Assembly (NCBI GenBank): GCA_001949185.1
Contig: BDGG01000001.1
Span: 2,869,324 to 2,933,323, forward strand
Length of the DNA: 64,000 bases
Source: Ramazzottius varieornatus
Lineage: Eukaryota > Animalia > Tardigrada
Direction of reading: 5' to 3'
Shown here: positions 1-13,200 of the stretch, piece by piece
How the letters are laid out: each line of letters starts with the position of its first letter
Numbering within the stretch: the first letter of the stretch is position 1
Made by a program: the position numbers and the translations under genes
The notes under the pieces: generated by a model
Told to the model about the DNA's origin: nothing
The model's database searches: none
Seen by the model: only the letters and a program-made list of their open reading frames with translations

Positions 1-338
1 GCACTAAAGTATGCGGCGCATTCAGCTGTGCGTAAGACGTTGATTTTCCCTTGGACTTTCAGGTCCGACAAGACCGAAAGTTCGGATCGGTCAATCTCCA
101 GCTGGCTTTCAGTCTTAAAACCAATATTTGTTGATGACTTCAGATCATGTTTACTGTTTTAGATGGGTATGTAAAAAGAACTAAACTGGCAAATGGGACT
201 TTGGAATTCCGGATTTTTGCGAGGACCTTCTGGAGTAGAAAATAGGAACATAGTAATATTAGGAATTCCTTTCCTATTTTCCATCCAAGGGCATTCGGCC
301 TGGAATTTACAACCTTAGGTGGTACGGTAGTTTCTCAA

Positions 339-872
339 TTAACACTCTGCGTACGACCGTCCTCTTTGTGTATACAATGACTCAGTTTTATTCACCTCCC
401 AGTTTTAGCTTTTGGTCTTTCGGGTCTGGGTTTTTTTTTTTGCATGTACCTCGGTCTTCTCACCAAAGCAACACCAATGACCAGTGGTCAGCAAAACCTC
501 AGCACGCTGGAAATTTTTTCTACGGTTTCGGGTGGTTTGGTGAAATTTGGTGTTTCGTCTCTTTGCGCGAGACACGTGCACAGTATTCGCTTAGAAAAAA
601 ACCGGAGCACTGGGGACAGTCTTATCTATCGAAACCGAGCCTGGGATAAATTTTGTAGTCATCAGTGCGGTCAGAAGAAAATCAAGAGACCAGTTCTCCC
701 TTTTGAGAGACGGCGTTCATGGCCTGCCCATTATCCAAATTATGAAATTCGGAAAATTGTCTATTGGTCGGACCAGCCTCCGCAATACGGTACCTACCAA
801 TAGAATTCCTGTATACACAAAGAGGACCTTAGTATTCTGCGGACATGAAAACGATCGTGCTGAAAATGTTAA
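339..872. mobile_element. Non-autonomous piggyBac-type element (TTAA-flanked, TIRs plus asymmetric internal inverted repeats)
   Basis: TTAA at 339-342 and 869-872. Degenerate terminal IR (ttaacactctgcgtacgaccgt vs reverse complement ttaacattttcagcacgatcgt). Perfect 18-bp inverted repeat gtcctctttgtgtataca (359-376) / tgtatacacaaagaggac (810-827) with unequal spacing from the two ends. No transposase ORF. Confidence 0.7.
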
Positions 873-1361
873 GCTGCAAGTCTGATTTGTAACTTCCCTT
901 CTCGCACTATTTTTCTCATTCCTGCGCAAACTGGCAATTCTGAGCTGCAGATTCCATGGAATAAAACAAATAAAGCAATGGGGAGCTCCGACTTGGCGCA
1001 TTATGACTTGGATTGGATTAATCGGGTTTATCGTGCCGGACTTCGTGTAATATGGCACTCCACCTTTCTCTTCGTTGTTGCCAGCGTCGGTACTTGGATA
1101 AAGTTCCCCGCTTGTGGCCGCTGAACGACGTGCGGTCGTCACAACACCAAATTAGCGAAATCCTTCGCCTCTATCCTTCTTCGTTCGACAACCAAGTTGC
1201 ATGTTTACAGGCGAGGATGGCGCCACTGGCGTTTTCATCCATGCATCCACTTCAGACTGTAACGCAAACCCCACAACCTTCGTCGGAGTCCGGCTCGTTC
1301 TCGCATTCTTCCACCGCTTCCTCACCCATTCCTGTGATCTAATGCACGAGCATGAGATCAC

Positions 1362-1623
1362 TACAGTCCGGTCGCTCGAAATCTGGTACCTGATTTTTCG
1401 ATTTAAAAATGAAGGAATCGTGCAAAATTAACGATACTGCGAGCCATACCGACACAGCCGGTCCACATGCGGGTTGATTACTTGATCATATCAGTAAAGC
1501 TACGGTACAATTTGGGTCTAATGTAATTTCGGCCTTGGCTTGTCGTGCTGTATGGCGAATGTATAGCAGACTTCAAAACAAAATCGGAGAAATAGGTACC
1601 AGATTTCAATCGACCGGACTGTA
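1362..1623. mobile_element. Tc1/mariner-type MITE (~258 bp) with TA target-site duplication
   Basis: TA|CAGTCCGGTCGCTCGAAATCTGGTACCT at 1362-1391 and AGGTACCAGATTTCAATCGACCGGACTG|TA at 1594-1623 form a ~30-bp inverted repeat with 2 mismatches. CAGT termini and TA flanks are typical of the superfamily. Confidence 0.85.
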
Positions 1624-2192
1624 TTGAACAGTTCGCTGACGGTCAATGACTGCGGTAGATTGTAACGAGCGCACCCCTCTGTACTCAGGGGTCCTTCAAG
1701 CCATGCATGCTAGCTCTTGCTAGAATAACTGCCGCTCCGGATGGTTATATCTGATTCACAATTCGTCTCCAACTTAAATATTTGGGAAAGGTTATCTCGA
1801 TCAACCGCATCCGGATGACGGACCTGACCATTGAAGAGCGGAGATTTCTACGTTGGTTTGAACTGTTCAATCTTCAGAACCCTGCTGTTGTATCCGGATC
1901 CGATTCGAGTTGTGTCCATCTACCATGGACTGAGCCGGATCAGTTGCAACGGTATGCGAGAGTTCCTCCGTTGTGTTTTTCCTAACCGCTAAATGCCACA
2001 TTATTCGCACCAAACTGGAATAACAGCAATCATGTCATTTAACAAATAAATATGTCGGGATGCCTCCGTCTCATCACGTTATGGTGGCATCTTCTGCTCT
2101 GACTTTGATCCCGTTGGTAACGGCATTCATAGAGAGCTAGCACGTGTTAGGAACCCTCACAAAACTGCTGGCGACCCTGCTTTTCGCTGAAA

Positions 2193-2336
2193 TTTCCGAT
2201 GCTAGATATATGGACTGGGCAGGTCAAGTGGACAAGGTGGTAGCCAAATGCAGGAAAAGACTTTACTCCATCAAAGCCTTTTTCCCTCGTCGTTTCGGTA
2301 TGGTCAAGCAGCTTCTATTTTCCGATGCTAGATATA
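2193..2336 (+). mobile_element. 110-bp internal LINE fragment flanked by 18-bp direct repeats
   Basis: 2210-2319 matches 5317-5426 with 2 mismatches. tttccgatgctagatata is present at 2193-2210 and 2319-2336. Confidence 0.85.
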
Positions 2337-3041
2337 GGCTGCTTCAGTTTTACCAGCTTCTTTGCTTTCGGATGCTTGAAAGACTAACTCCTCGCCACAG
2401 ACATTTCCTACGGCAACTTGTTGACCACCCCGAAGCGAGAGACAGATTTACTGTGCGCAACGAAATACTGTAATGTGCTTCCCACCAATCACAGTTTCAA
2501 CAGCATTTACATCTGTTCTACCGACGTGGTATGCAGGCACGAGCGTCTTGTTCTTCGTACCGAGTGGTCGTACGGTGCACGCAACCCAATGGTCCTAAGA
2601 GCAACGTGCGAAGCTCGGTGGGACACATGATTCAGAAGATACTGGGATCGGACTCGAAGTACCGCAATCAGTCAATTGAACACGAGCGAGCATTACTTTT
2701 TCACTTTTTCGAAATCAGCGTGACCAAACGAACGAGTTCTAGAACTTCCCGGGTACCCGCATAACCGTGCGGCAGCACAAACATACTGCTTTTACATATG
2801 ATTTTCTCAATCTCAATTTCTCCGTTCCCCATCATCCTCTCTTGTCTGCACCTTCTTGGCCCCCAATGGTAGTTGAGAGCTCCCTGCTTGCCAAAGTAGG
2901 AACTTTATGACGCTACAGGCGCATTCGGATCGGCAGTTGGCAAGCCAAGGGACCTCCGTCGAGTGAGTCACTCCCTAAATATCTGTCTTACCGAGGAAGA
3001 TCTCTCTCTCTTTCGAGGCGTTTTCTCTCTTACAGATCGCC

Positions 3042-5979
3042 ATGCCTGTACCACAACACACAGGAGAAGTTGGGAGGAAGCTAGCAGTCCGGTACGCGAA
3101 CGGTATCCAGAACAAGAGCGAAGAAGTTAAGAAGTGGATGGAAGAAGGGAAAGCGGATGTCGTTGCGCTTGTTGAGACCATGGCTGACATGGCTACGGTT
3201 GATTGCTCTTTCTGCGACCTTGATCATTACAAGCTCGAACGATTTGATCGGTTTGGATGCAGAAAATAGTCTGGTGGTGGTGTTGCGCTAGCCGTCAAGA
3301 AAGACATCCAGATCATCAGGATGTATGAACTGGAGGTTGCAGGTCTCGAAGTTTTATGGGTAAAGGTAATAGCATTACGCATGAACTTGTTGCTAGGAGT
3401 GATCTACGCTCCTGGCTACGACGACGACGTCTTCGGTAAGCTACGTACCTCCATGGAGCACATTCCTCCCTATCTTCGTCGAAACATCGTCCTAGTCGGG
3501 GATTTCAACTGCTCGGAACTTGACTGGTCGAGGGATGCTGGCGGCGCATCGGAGAGAGAAAGAGACTTCCCGTCCCTTCAGAAAGAGTTCCGGCTATGGC
3601 AGAAAATGAAAGAACGTACGAGACAGCGTGGAAGCAGCAGCTCATCGCTCGACCTCGTCTTCTCCTCCGAATTTAGTCTAGTTCGTGGTGTGCGGATCAC
3701 TAAGCCTCCTGCAGCTACCAATGACAACCATGGCATACGATTCAGCCTCGAGATCATGACGCCAAAGACGACGGTGAAGCCAAGGAAGAAATGGATAGTT
3801 GATGACGACGGTGCAAGAAACTTTCGCACCAGCCTTTCTTCCGTTGATTGGGGTGCTTTCTCTGTTATGCACTGTAATGCTGACGTGGCAGTTATATCGT
3901 TTCAGGAACTGTTTCTCGCTACAGCAAAAGACTGCTTCCAGCTCAGGTCTGTAGGATCCAGACGCCCTCTACGTCCCTCGCTTTCGGCCACGACTGTTGA
4001 AAGTCAACGAAAGTCCAGAGGTGCCTTTCAGAAATGGAGGAGGGAAAAGGATTCGAAAGATTACGATGCTGGGAGGGAATCGGAAATCCGTAGCAAGAGA
4101 CTGATTCGCGCTGATCGATATCGAAAACTCCGTACCATCGCATCGTCATCCAAAAGAAACCAACGAGCAGTCTGGCAGTATCTCGAGAAGAACACCGTCT
4201 CAAATCCGCTCCCTCCCATTCCGATTCCAGGCAGCGAAGACAGATATCTGGTTCATCCTCAAGACAAAGCATACCATATCAGCACTGTCCTCGCCAAAGA
4301 GTACGTCGATTGTTCGGCCCACTGCAGCCAGCAATACAAGTCCCTACCATGTCGAATAACTCCACCATCCTCTGTCCATTGTCCTGAACTGCAGATCTCG
4401 ACTTCATCGATTCTGAGCATCATCCGCAAGCTGGACGCCCGAAAAGCAGCTGGATTCTCTCTCATTACAAACCATCTTCTTAAGATTGCAGGTACGACCA
4501 TCATCTACCCTCTCTCGACACTCTTCAACCTGATCCTTCTGTCGGGAAAGTTTCCCACAGCCTGGAAGAGGGCAGACGTCGTTGCCGTTCCGAAGAAAGG
4601 CGGCTTCCCCTTCCGCCCAATATCACTCCTGCCTCCCCTCTCAAAGCTCTTCGAGAAAATTCTTGCCGACCATGTCACCCACTTCCTCGATGGCAACGAG
4701 CTGTACTCTGATTCTCAGTTTGGTTTTAGGCGTCAGTGGTCCACGGAGATGCAGCTCTTGCAGGTGTGTCATTAGTTCTCGCAGGTCCTTCTGGAGAGGA
4801 AAAAAGCAGACGTCATCTTTCTCGATTGTATCAAGGCCTTCGACAGACTACCGCATGACGTCATAGTCACTAGTCTCCAGAAGCATGGCGTGGATGAACA
4901 CCTCCTGGCACTCTTCATTGACTACTTGAAAGGTGGAAGTCAGAGAGTGATGGTAGATGGTTTCTTTCCAGAAGAGATAGCAGTGAAGTCTGGAGTACCT
5001 CAGGGTTCCATCCTGGGGCCTACCTTCTTCACTGCTGCAGCCTCTCGGGAGCTGTCCAGTCAAGAGTACTACAGTAAGCAGATGACATCGTCCTGTACAG
5101 AAAGGTGAGTGGTGAAGAAGACTGCCATGCTTTGCAGGAAGACCTGAACAACTTGGCAAAGTGGTGTTCCGAGGTTGGACTCGAGATCAACCCCGAAAAA
5201 TCGCAGCATCTCCGCATCTCTAATAAGATCAAAAAGACTGCCATTCCAGCTGGTAGCTACAGCTTCAATGCAGTGTTCGTCCCGACCGAAGCCTAGGTGT
5301 GACGATCTCGAGCCGAATGGACTGGGCAGGTCAAGTGGACAAGGTGGGAGCCAAATGCAGAAAAAGACTTTACTCCATCAAAGCCTTTTTCCCTCGTCGT
5401 TTCGGTATGGTCAAGCAGCTTCTATTCAAGAGCTTAGTTCGATCAGTAATAGACTATGCTTCATCATCATGGCACACCACTGGGAAAGGGCTACAAAAGA
5501 AGCTTGAGAACATCCAAAAGAAATTCCTGCAGAGTATTCGCCTGGGCTGCTTGGAAGGTAACGAAAGACACGATGCAGACTTCGCGCAATACCGGCAACA
5601 TCTCGGCGAGACTGGGTGGCATCCCTTATGGCAAAGAAGACTAGAAGGTATTCTGTTAAATACTTACAAGATCTGGAAAGACATGTTTGCAGGTGGCGAC
5701 CTCATCATGAAAAGAGAAATGCCCGGAAGGACCACCAAGAGCCAGTCCAAAGATTTCCTCCTGTCACCTGTCAGCTTCACTCCAGCATCGTGCAAGCCGT
5801 TAGACTCCACTATCGCCTCCTTCGCCTACGTTGCTGCAGAGATTCTCAAAGATCCACTCTTTAGCCCTAGTCCTGGTCAGTTGCTCACTCTTGGCGCTTT
5901 TAAGAACTACTTGTTAAACTTTAAATTTTCAAACCTGAAGTGGTGCAAGGATTTTATCGATCCTCTGTTGGTTGTATAG
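3042..5979 (+). mobile_element. Inactive non-LTR retrotransposon (LINE, CR1/L2-like): APE endonuclease plus reverse transcriptase, disrupted
   Basis: APE motifs ADVVALVET, SGGGVALAVK, IVLVGDFN, SSLDLVF. RT motifs FRPISLLPPLSKLFEK, QFGFR, IFLDCIKAFD, SGVPQGSILGP, LQEDLNNLAKW. Disabled by stops at 3267-3269 and 4773-4775, a frameshift near 5030, YADD mutated to *ADD (TAA 5075-5077) and a break near 5295. Confidence 0.93.
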
Positions 5980-6476
5980 TTGTTGTATTTTTGTACAGCA
6001 GCTCTTTTTCTCCACGGCTTTCTTGCCAATTTTTTTATTTTGTATTATTTTTTTCAAATTTTGTCCCCTAAGCGCTTAGCCTGGCAGAGCATTCGGACAA
6101 GGTTATTATTACCAGGCCAGCGTGGTCCATCAAAAAGGCGAGGTACGCCCTGTCCGCGTTGCAAATGTACTGTACCTGCTCCAGTTTTCAGGTTAGCTAT
6201 CATAAACGTTGCCTCCGCGCCGGCTGAAGAGGGCATCCAGCCTCCCGAGTACGATACTGTCGGGGCAGAGCGAGAAGCCGGGCAGAACGAGTTAGTTGTT
6301 TGATGGAAGGACAGAAGCCTCGCAACACCCTATCAGGTCCACATCGAGCGAACCGACACCACCTGGTTGTTGCCGAAGAAGTAGCTCATGAGCTAGTGCT
6401 CGCTGCTCAGGTTGTACATAAATTTACGCTGTACGTAAAGTTGGCTTCTGTTTCGTAAACCAGTTGATATATCTTT

Positions 6477-6482
6477 TTTATT
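6477..6482 (-). promoter_or_regulatory. Putative AATAAA polyadenylation signal of the 6561-14130 gene
   Basis: tttatt on the + strand ~80 nt downstream of the stop codon. Confidence 0.4.
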
Positions 6483-6560
6483 GATGCAAAAACCCTCAGT
6501 GCTGCTCAAGCTTTCGGCTAGGAAAAAATGAAAAACAAAAAAATTTATCAGTTCAGTTTG

Positions 6561-9500
6561 TTACAGGCTAACTTCATGGGAAGTCTGATTTCTAGACTCA
6601 ATATGCCTTCTAGAAACATGGCACTTAACGTTCTCTTCTTTGTCACAAGCTTTGATAACTGAATTGAATCTAAGACCTTCTGAGCACTGAAAAGGAATAA
6701 AAGAGTCGAACTCGCAATGGAAGAACGTCCTACAGGTCTCGGATTTTTTATCCACGAACAGGCCTGTTCTTCCTTGGCAGTCGAAGTTGAATCCTTTATC
6801 AGCTTTCTGTAAAGTAAATCCTGATTAGTAGGAGTACTATGGAGTCTTCAGGCTAATCATCGCAGTTTCGGTTGTGCTAACCGCTACTCGGAGTTGAGCA
6901 AATCCCGGAGACCCAGACACCAGGCAGTTTACGTTGGACGGAAGATCGCACGCGCCAAGCTTCTCGTTGAACCGAAGCTGGAAATGAAACACACACTTCA
7001 TAGTTTTAGAAACAACAGGTACCAATAATCTACGCACGTTGTTGGGACAGGTGAAGGAAAAGTTCTTTCCGTCCACCCGGCAGTAATAGTAACCCTGGCA
7101 CTTCGTGGTTACATCCGCGAAGAACCCATATTTTCCAGGTACACAATTGAAGGGTTTTGCTCTTGGAGGTGTTCGCAAGAATGGCTCCATGCGAGACTCT
7201 TGGGCGTCCAAAGGCGTTGGTCGAATGGACATCTAAGAGAAAAAAGCCGAATTGATACAGCGAACTGCCCTTAAACCTGAAGTACAGTCGAGTACAGTCG
7301 AATACAAACCCCGATCGCTGAGTCTCGCCCTGCGAAAGCGTCGATGGGTAGATCTCGAGACATCGGGTTGCTGTTACCGGATAGTCTTTCTGGCCAGTCA
7401 CAACTTCCAATTTGGAAATTGAACACCAAATTGTCCTGACATTCCGACTTCCTGGCAGTTCCATCTTGCTCGCAGAAGTAGTATACCGATGGTGTACTTG
7501 GATTGCCAAAATATCCCCGCTTTCCGGTGCAGTCGAACTCCTGACCCTGGATGCACAGTATATTGATGAGGTACTTGAGGCTAGGAGCAGAGAGGAAGAC
7601 GTACCCCAGAATAAGGACCTCGGAAAATGTTTTCCGGCCAGTCACATGCGGCTTTTGCATCCTTGAAAAGTCTTACGTGTTACATGTCCAACAACACAGC
7701 GATATACATAGTATAAATACTATCAATATATGGCAGGTGGTTCTTACGTTGAATCTGAGATTGGAGGGGCAAACAAACCGATGTTTCCTTCCATCTTGTT
7801 CGCAGTAGTAAAACACGCGATATTCTCTGGCTGAATCTCCGAAAAACCCAGATCGGCCTTGACAGTCAAAGAACGGCGAATCGTTCCAGGTTGGCGTGTT
7901 TGCCTGTATGAAGGAAAGTCAGGTAGATGTCTGTACAGCTGTAAAAGAACACCGGGACCAAAAAGGTGGGCCTATTTGGCAGGACTAACCGGTCCCGCTC
8001 GCTGGAGCTGGCAGTTTACGTTCTTTGCCCAGTCGCATACTCCGATCGAAGCGTTGTATTTTAGATCCGCAGGGCATCGATACTGAAACTTCGAACCGTC
8101 GGCTTTACAGTAATGGTACACTCCTGCCGAGAGTTTGGATGGTAAGAATTGGTTTTCAGCGTTGGCGCCATTAGTTAAAGACGACGCCCCAAAGGTGGTC
8201 ACTTGGATAACTTACGACAATCTTCGCTCAGGTCCGGATAATAACCAATTCTTCCCGTACAGTCAAAACCTCCGCCAGTATTGATCACACCGTACGAAGC
8301 TCCGGTGCTCTGCGAAATAAGCAGAGGTAAGCATGAGACATTTTGAATCTCTAAGACCAAAAACGAACTGCGAGTACAAAGCAGTCGTGATTGACGATGG
8401 TCTTCCTGCTTTCCGTAATGAAAGGAAAGTGGCGCACCGGCGGTCGTGCCAGGAATTGGCGGAAAAGGCGTGGTTGACCGGAATGACGTCAGGCGTCTCA
8501 CATTTGGTAAACTTCATTTTTCTGGTTTTCAGAGCATTCCAAGACTCTCAGCTTACCTGACGGTTATCCCATAGTGGTCCTGAGTATCCTCCAGAACCCT
8601 GGTTGTTGCCGTAGTTAGAGTTCGAGCCGTAGGAACTGCTGGATCCCACGGGAGCAAAGTAACCGCTGCCTGACATTACGGGGCGCTGTGCGTCGTTATT
8701 CTGATCGGATGCGTATGAACTGGACTGGGCTTGATGGATTTCGTAGCCTGCATTTCCGCTTGGTCCAGAGTTCCCTCCATACCCAGGTGAGTAAGACTGT
8801 TGATTCAACGCTCCTTGGTTGTTTCCACCGTTGTTGTATCCAGGTTGTTGCTGTCCACCTGCCGAGTTGCCGTTACCGGAAGTGCTTCCATACGAACCGG
8901 ATTCGCCCGACTGTACAGCAAAGTTTTGCTGATTAAACACCTTTGGCTGAAGGTCTGGGATCGAGCTCTGTTGCCGGTTGCTTGCTGTGAAGTCTGGAGC
9001 ATGGGAGAAACCACGGGAGAACGGATTGTCAGGCTGTTGTTCATCCAGCTGGGGTCCAAAACCGTGCTGTTTGTGGAAGACGAAAGTAGGTGGCGCATTC
9101 GGCACGATTTGATTGTTGACGCTGTGTTGCTCTTGATTGACAGGGATGATACCAGCATTTTCTTGTCTGTTGATGAAGGGCGGTTGACCATTCAACAGCT
9201 GCCGTTCACTCAAAGTATTCCCGTTGTTCCTGTCGCCCACCTGGACAGCTTGATTGGGAAAAGTTGGAGCAGTGTTTTTCTGAGCTGTGGAGAAAGGAAA
9301 CTGAGGATTCGACTGGATGTTGTTAACAGCAGGTTTGCTGTCAGGAGGTACGTTCACAACAGACTGAGAGTTTCTGTCGATATTTTCCTGTTGCTGTTGT
9401 GGGTTGACTTGCTGCTGTTGGTTGAACAATGGCCTATCGTTCGATACTTGGATATTGAACTTCTGCTCCTGAATACCATTATGTACCGAATTTTGGTTAG

Positions 9501-9693
9501 GTTGCTGAATGTTCACCTCTTGAACGAAGGGCGGCCGGAAGTTCTGCATGAAAGGCTGTTCGCTTGGAACACTGTTGGGATGGACAAGCTGGACGTCATT
9601 GCCAAAACCGTTCACTGGGCGATTTGCGAACATGTTCGGGTTCTGGTTTGTATTCTGCATCGGTTGTTGGTTACCAAACGAGTTTCCAAAATT

Positions 9694-9730
<37 letters not shown>

Positions 9731-10110
9731 CGGTCTTGTGCAAAACTCACGGCGTTCGCAGGTTCTTGGTTAGCAAACGAAACCATACCAAAACTTTGTT
9801 GTCGCTCTTGTGGAATAGTATTAACCGACTCTTGACTGTTTAGGACGGTGTTCAACTGTGCTCCACCTGGACTGACTGGATTCGCTGGGACCAAGTTGCC
9901 CTGTGGCGGAAATGGACCGAAGTTCTCCCGAGGAAGGAACGACGGAGCGCTCTGGTCCACTGGTCTGAAGTTTGGCGGTAAGTCGCGAATGTCGAGTGTT
10001 TGCGATTGTCCTTGGTTTTGATTTGGCTGTTGGACGTTCTCGTTTTGATTGGGAAATATTTGCTGGAAGTTTGGATTTTGTTGAGCCAGGCCGAATTCTG
10101 GTGCTGGGTT

Positions 10111-10155
<45 letters not shown>

Positions 10156-10171
10156 TTGCTGTTGCTGCTGC

Positions 10172-10269
<98 letters not shown>

Positions 10270-13200
10270 GAGTTGTTGCTGGTGGTGCTGTTGCGCGAGG
10301 TTTTCGCTGTTGATCAGGACTTCGTGTTGTCCAATAGAATGGAGTTGAGGTGCGAAACCATTTTGATTGATGGAAATAGGCGGTAGGTTGTTGGTATTGG
10401 GTACTCCGTTTTGAATCCTCGCAATCAGGTCCTCTTGTGACCCAAACCCGAATGTTTGCTGGATCTGAGGTGGCTGTGTGTTGATGGGGATAATACCGTC
10501 TCTCTGTGGAAGGCCGGGAGCAGGTCCGACGAGTATCTGAGGCTGATTTGGGAAGAGGGTCGGTCCCACAAGGACGGCTTGACCGTTCCGCACGTCGGTG
10601 AAAGCCATAGCGTCGTTCAGGTTGTTGGTGTTGTCAAGACGGTTGTTCATATTCGCTGACAGTGTCATCTGTGTGTTGGGAATCATGGGCATGTTGGCGT
10701 TGATTTGCTGAATGTTTGGGATGTTGAAATTAGGAAACGGAACGGGCTGAGGTATCTGGCCTAGTCGGAAGTCCAGTGAGTTGTCAGTGATGCTGGTACT
10801 TCCTCCTCGACTGCACACCACGTTTCTTTCGAGATCACAGATTCCAGTCCCTGTGAAATGACTTGGGTCAGGCTTGAGTACCGTATTGCAATGCAGTCTA
10901 CGGAACGTTCGTCTAGACTTACGTTCGTTAAAGATCTGGCCTGACGGACACTGAAGCCGTGTCTTTTTGCCGAATGCATTGCAAGAGTAGTAGATATGAC
11001 AGTTTTGTGACGTATCAGCGAAGAGTCCCATCTTTCCCGAACAGTCGAACTCCTAGAACAGGAAGTCACAGGTCGAAAACAGTCAAGCTGGGGGACGTCG
11101 AGCTTTACTTACATCGAAGGTCCTTGCAGACAGCGCCAAGCAGTCGACGTTTTGAGGGTCGTCACACGCTCCACTACGAAATTACTTCCGTGTTGGTCAG
11201 TTATTATTTAATGGGTGAAGGAAGGTTTTAGATTTGGAACGTACTTCACTTCGTTGTACAGTAAAATTCCAGGGCACGTGAAACTGAAATTCGTAATGAG
11301 GAATATACATATGAGACTGGTCTGCAGATCTGTGTGTCATGTCGTTGCCTTACTTGTAGGTTCGTCCTTCACTTGAGCAGAAATAATAGGATCGACATTC
11401 GCTCAGAGGGTCGGGATAGAAACCAATCTTGTCGGCACAGAATCCACCTCCGGCCTAATGAGTAGACAAAGTTCGTTAGTCCTTTTCTGTAAACTATCAA
11501 GCTGCAGGATGCTGCGTGTGGCCTTGATCTTGTTTGATCGTTTTGTCTTGATGAGGCGAAGGAGTGAACGGACGGACATAAGCAAGAGTAGGTTCTCTGT
11601 CTTACCAACAAGGAGCTACATGAGACGCGCGACGGATGGTCACAAATCCCGAGATTCTCGTTAAATCTCAAGTGTGCCGGACATGGCATGAGATGTTTAG
11701 GACCGTTGGGCATACACACCCTACAGTCACAAACTGGCCGTTAGTATTCACACTGTTATTTAGCCACTCTAAACACATTGATCTTGACTTTGTTCTCTTA
11801 CCAGTAGGAAGTACATCCCGACGCGATATCGGCAAACAAACCGAATTTTCCGCTGCAGTCAAAGTTCTGCGGAAGATCCTGCAAAGTGTACGATAATTTT
11901 GAATTTCAGACGCCAGGAAATTTACCATGTGAGCACTGAAAAAAGTGATCTTACAAATACTCTGTAAATATGCAAAATAGGTTTTCGTTAGGCGATATTT
12001 TGGGTTGATCTTTGGAGAAACCGATGTTTTTTGGAAATTTGATAAAAAAATTTCAAAGTCGAACGTAAACGCAAACCCGCATTGGAAATGTATTTGAGGC
12101 AACATCAATTGCACGACTGACGATCAGAATATTTTCTCTTTAATGATATTCTATTTCATTGTTTGATCGTCATGACGCGGTTCTTACGTCTCTTGCGGTA
12201 AAGCCCAAATCGTTGTCGGGCGCAGGAACTTGCTGAAGATGCGTTGAAGCGGGCTGTTGGTCCAAGTTAGCAGCAATAGTAACATCCGTCTTCCCGTTCG
12301 AAGCAATAGATATTTCCACACCACCTCCAGATTTTGGCGGGTCTAAAATGAAGAGCATCACCATGAGGGGAAACAGACGCATTGCATTGTAGCGCGGGTA
12401 CTTTGTTGGTTTGCTGCATTGGTGGCGCTAATGGTGGATTGGCGACTGAATGGTCCAGAAAGCACGTAAGAGGCCGGTGTGACAGGTCCGCAGTTCTGAG
12501 GTAGATCGCATGCCCCGCAGTTCTGAAACAATTATACGTATCAACTTTTGAACATAACCTCTCCGTCAAAATTAGCTTGTCTAAAGGTGAAATGCCGGCT
12601 CTGCGACTCACTTCGTTGAACAACAAGCCGTCAGGACAGCGGAAATGACTTTTTTCACCAGACGGAGAACAGAAGAAGTACGAAGAGCGGTCCTTGCTGA
12701 ATGGGTCGTTGTAGAAGCCAGCTTTGCCCGTACAATCAAAGGCCTGCCGTGACGGAAACAAAAGGGTTTACAGAATTTGCGCCGACTGGAATAATATGTT
12801 ACGCAAACATTTAGCGCTCTGGCGGTTTCTCACAAGCAACAACTCTATATGGTTCGTCCAGATTTAGGTAATTGTTAATTGGCTTGACAGAACTAACTTT
12901 TTCATACCTTTTCTACAGAACAAGTGACGGAGGCACTTGGCTTTTGGCATGACAAGGTGTCTTGATCGAATATCAAGCCAGCTGGGCAGGATAGCTTGTC
13001 GAACGATCCACTGAAATTTGAAAGCATAATATTATCGTTGTTGATTGACTCGATCAGTCTTACGATGAATCAGGAAGTGCTGTGTAACCCGAATCAAAAA
13101 TCAAATGAAAACTTGGGCTACCTTGTAGTAACAGTACCGGATTTCGAGAGTTGCAATTATTACTTGTTGATCAATCAAAATTAGCAGACTGATAATGGGG

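Noticed and set aside
2144-2473. 109-aa ORF with RT C-terminal similarity
   Set aside because: Chance ORF created by the 110-bp LINE fragment insertion, with no independent gene evidence.
8800-10386. Plus-strand ORFs encoding poly-Leu, poly-Cys and poly-Ala
   Set aside because: Antisense shadows of the CAG/CAA poly-Q exon of gene B.
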